Source of the DNA: Microcoleus sp.
GTDB taxonomy: Bacteria; Cyanobacteriota; Cyanobacteriia; Cyanobacteriales; Microcoleaceae
Assembly (NCBI GenBank): GCA_042408215.1
Contig: JAYFMW010000030.1
Coordinates: forward strand, 637,507-701,506
Length of the DNA stretch: 64,000 bases
Reading direction: 5' to 3'
Shown here: positions 63,830 to 64,000 of the stretch, one piece after another
Numbering within the stretch: the first letter of the stretch is position 1
Layout of the letters: the number at the start of each line of letters is the position of its first letter
Notes under the pieces: generated by a model
The model's database searches: none
Told to the model about the DNA's origin: nothing
The model's input: only the letters and a program-made list of their open reading frames with translations
Made by a program: the position numbers and the translations under genes

Positions 63830-64000
63830 ATACCAATTTTTTATGAAGCTGCATAGAATTCGATCCCCCCTAACCCCCCTTAAGAAGGGGGGGACAAGAG
63901 TCCAATCTTTCGTCCCCCTTCTTAAGGGGGGGACAAGTTTGTGGAGTAATACCAATTTTTTATGAAGCTGCATAGAATTCGATCCCCCCTAACCCCCCTT
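63830..64000. repeat. Tandem partial copies of the 165-bp MITE end (about 119-bp period)
   Basis: ATACCAATTTTTTATGAAGCTGCATAGAAT starts at 63830 and 63949. Confidence 0.75.

Overview
Chromosomal window from a filamentous cyanobacterium, Microcoleus/Oscillatoriales-like (abundant HIP1 GCGATCGC, heptamer tandem repeats, typical gene set). Housekeeping genes include speD, queF, ccsB, ccdA, prxQ, sodB, clpS, tocopherol cyclase, cysE, mrdA, purL, purF, desB and a PSII radical SAM gene. They are interleaved with a dense mobilome: a RAYT with a GTAG-REP array, three tnpB-only IS200/IS605 elements, a decayed IS607 and several MITE/REP families. The main observations are four. (1) Two 169-183 bp protein-free IS605 derivatives consist only of left end, promoter, TnpB omega-RNA-like scaffold and right end; their boundaries are supported by guide/target base covariation across five insertions. 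(2) A graspetide-like RiPP locus has a multi-core TTxxxxEE-type precursor with a double-glycine leader and an ATP-grasp ligase, split by an intact TnpB element with a rearranged RuvC-II. (3) Two Ser/Thr kinase-FGE/CLec genes have 3' ends that look like DGR variable repeats with a shared non-coding tail; no RT or TR is in the window. (4) A REP doublet is embedded in purL. Many single-base frameshifts, including in conserved genes, suggest assembly indel errors, so pseudogene calls are tentative. No rRNA, tRNA or CRISPR array was found.
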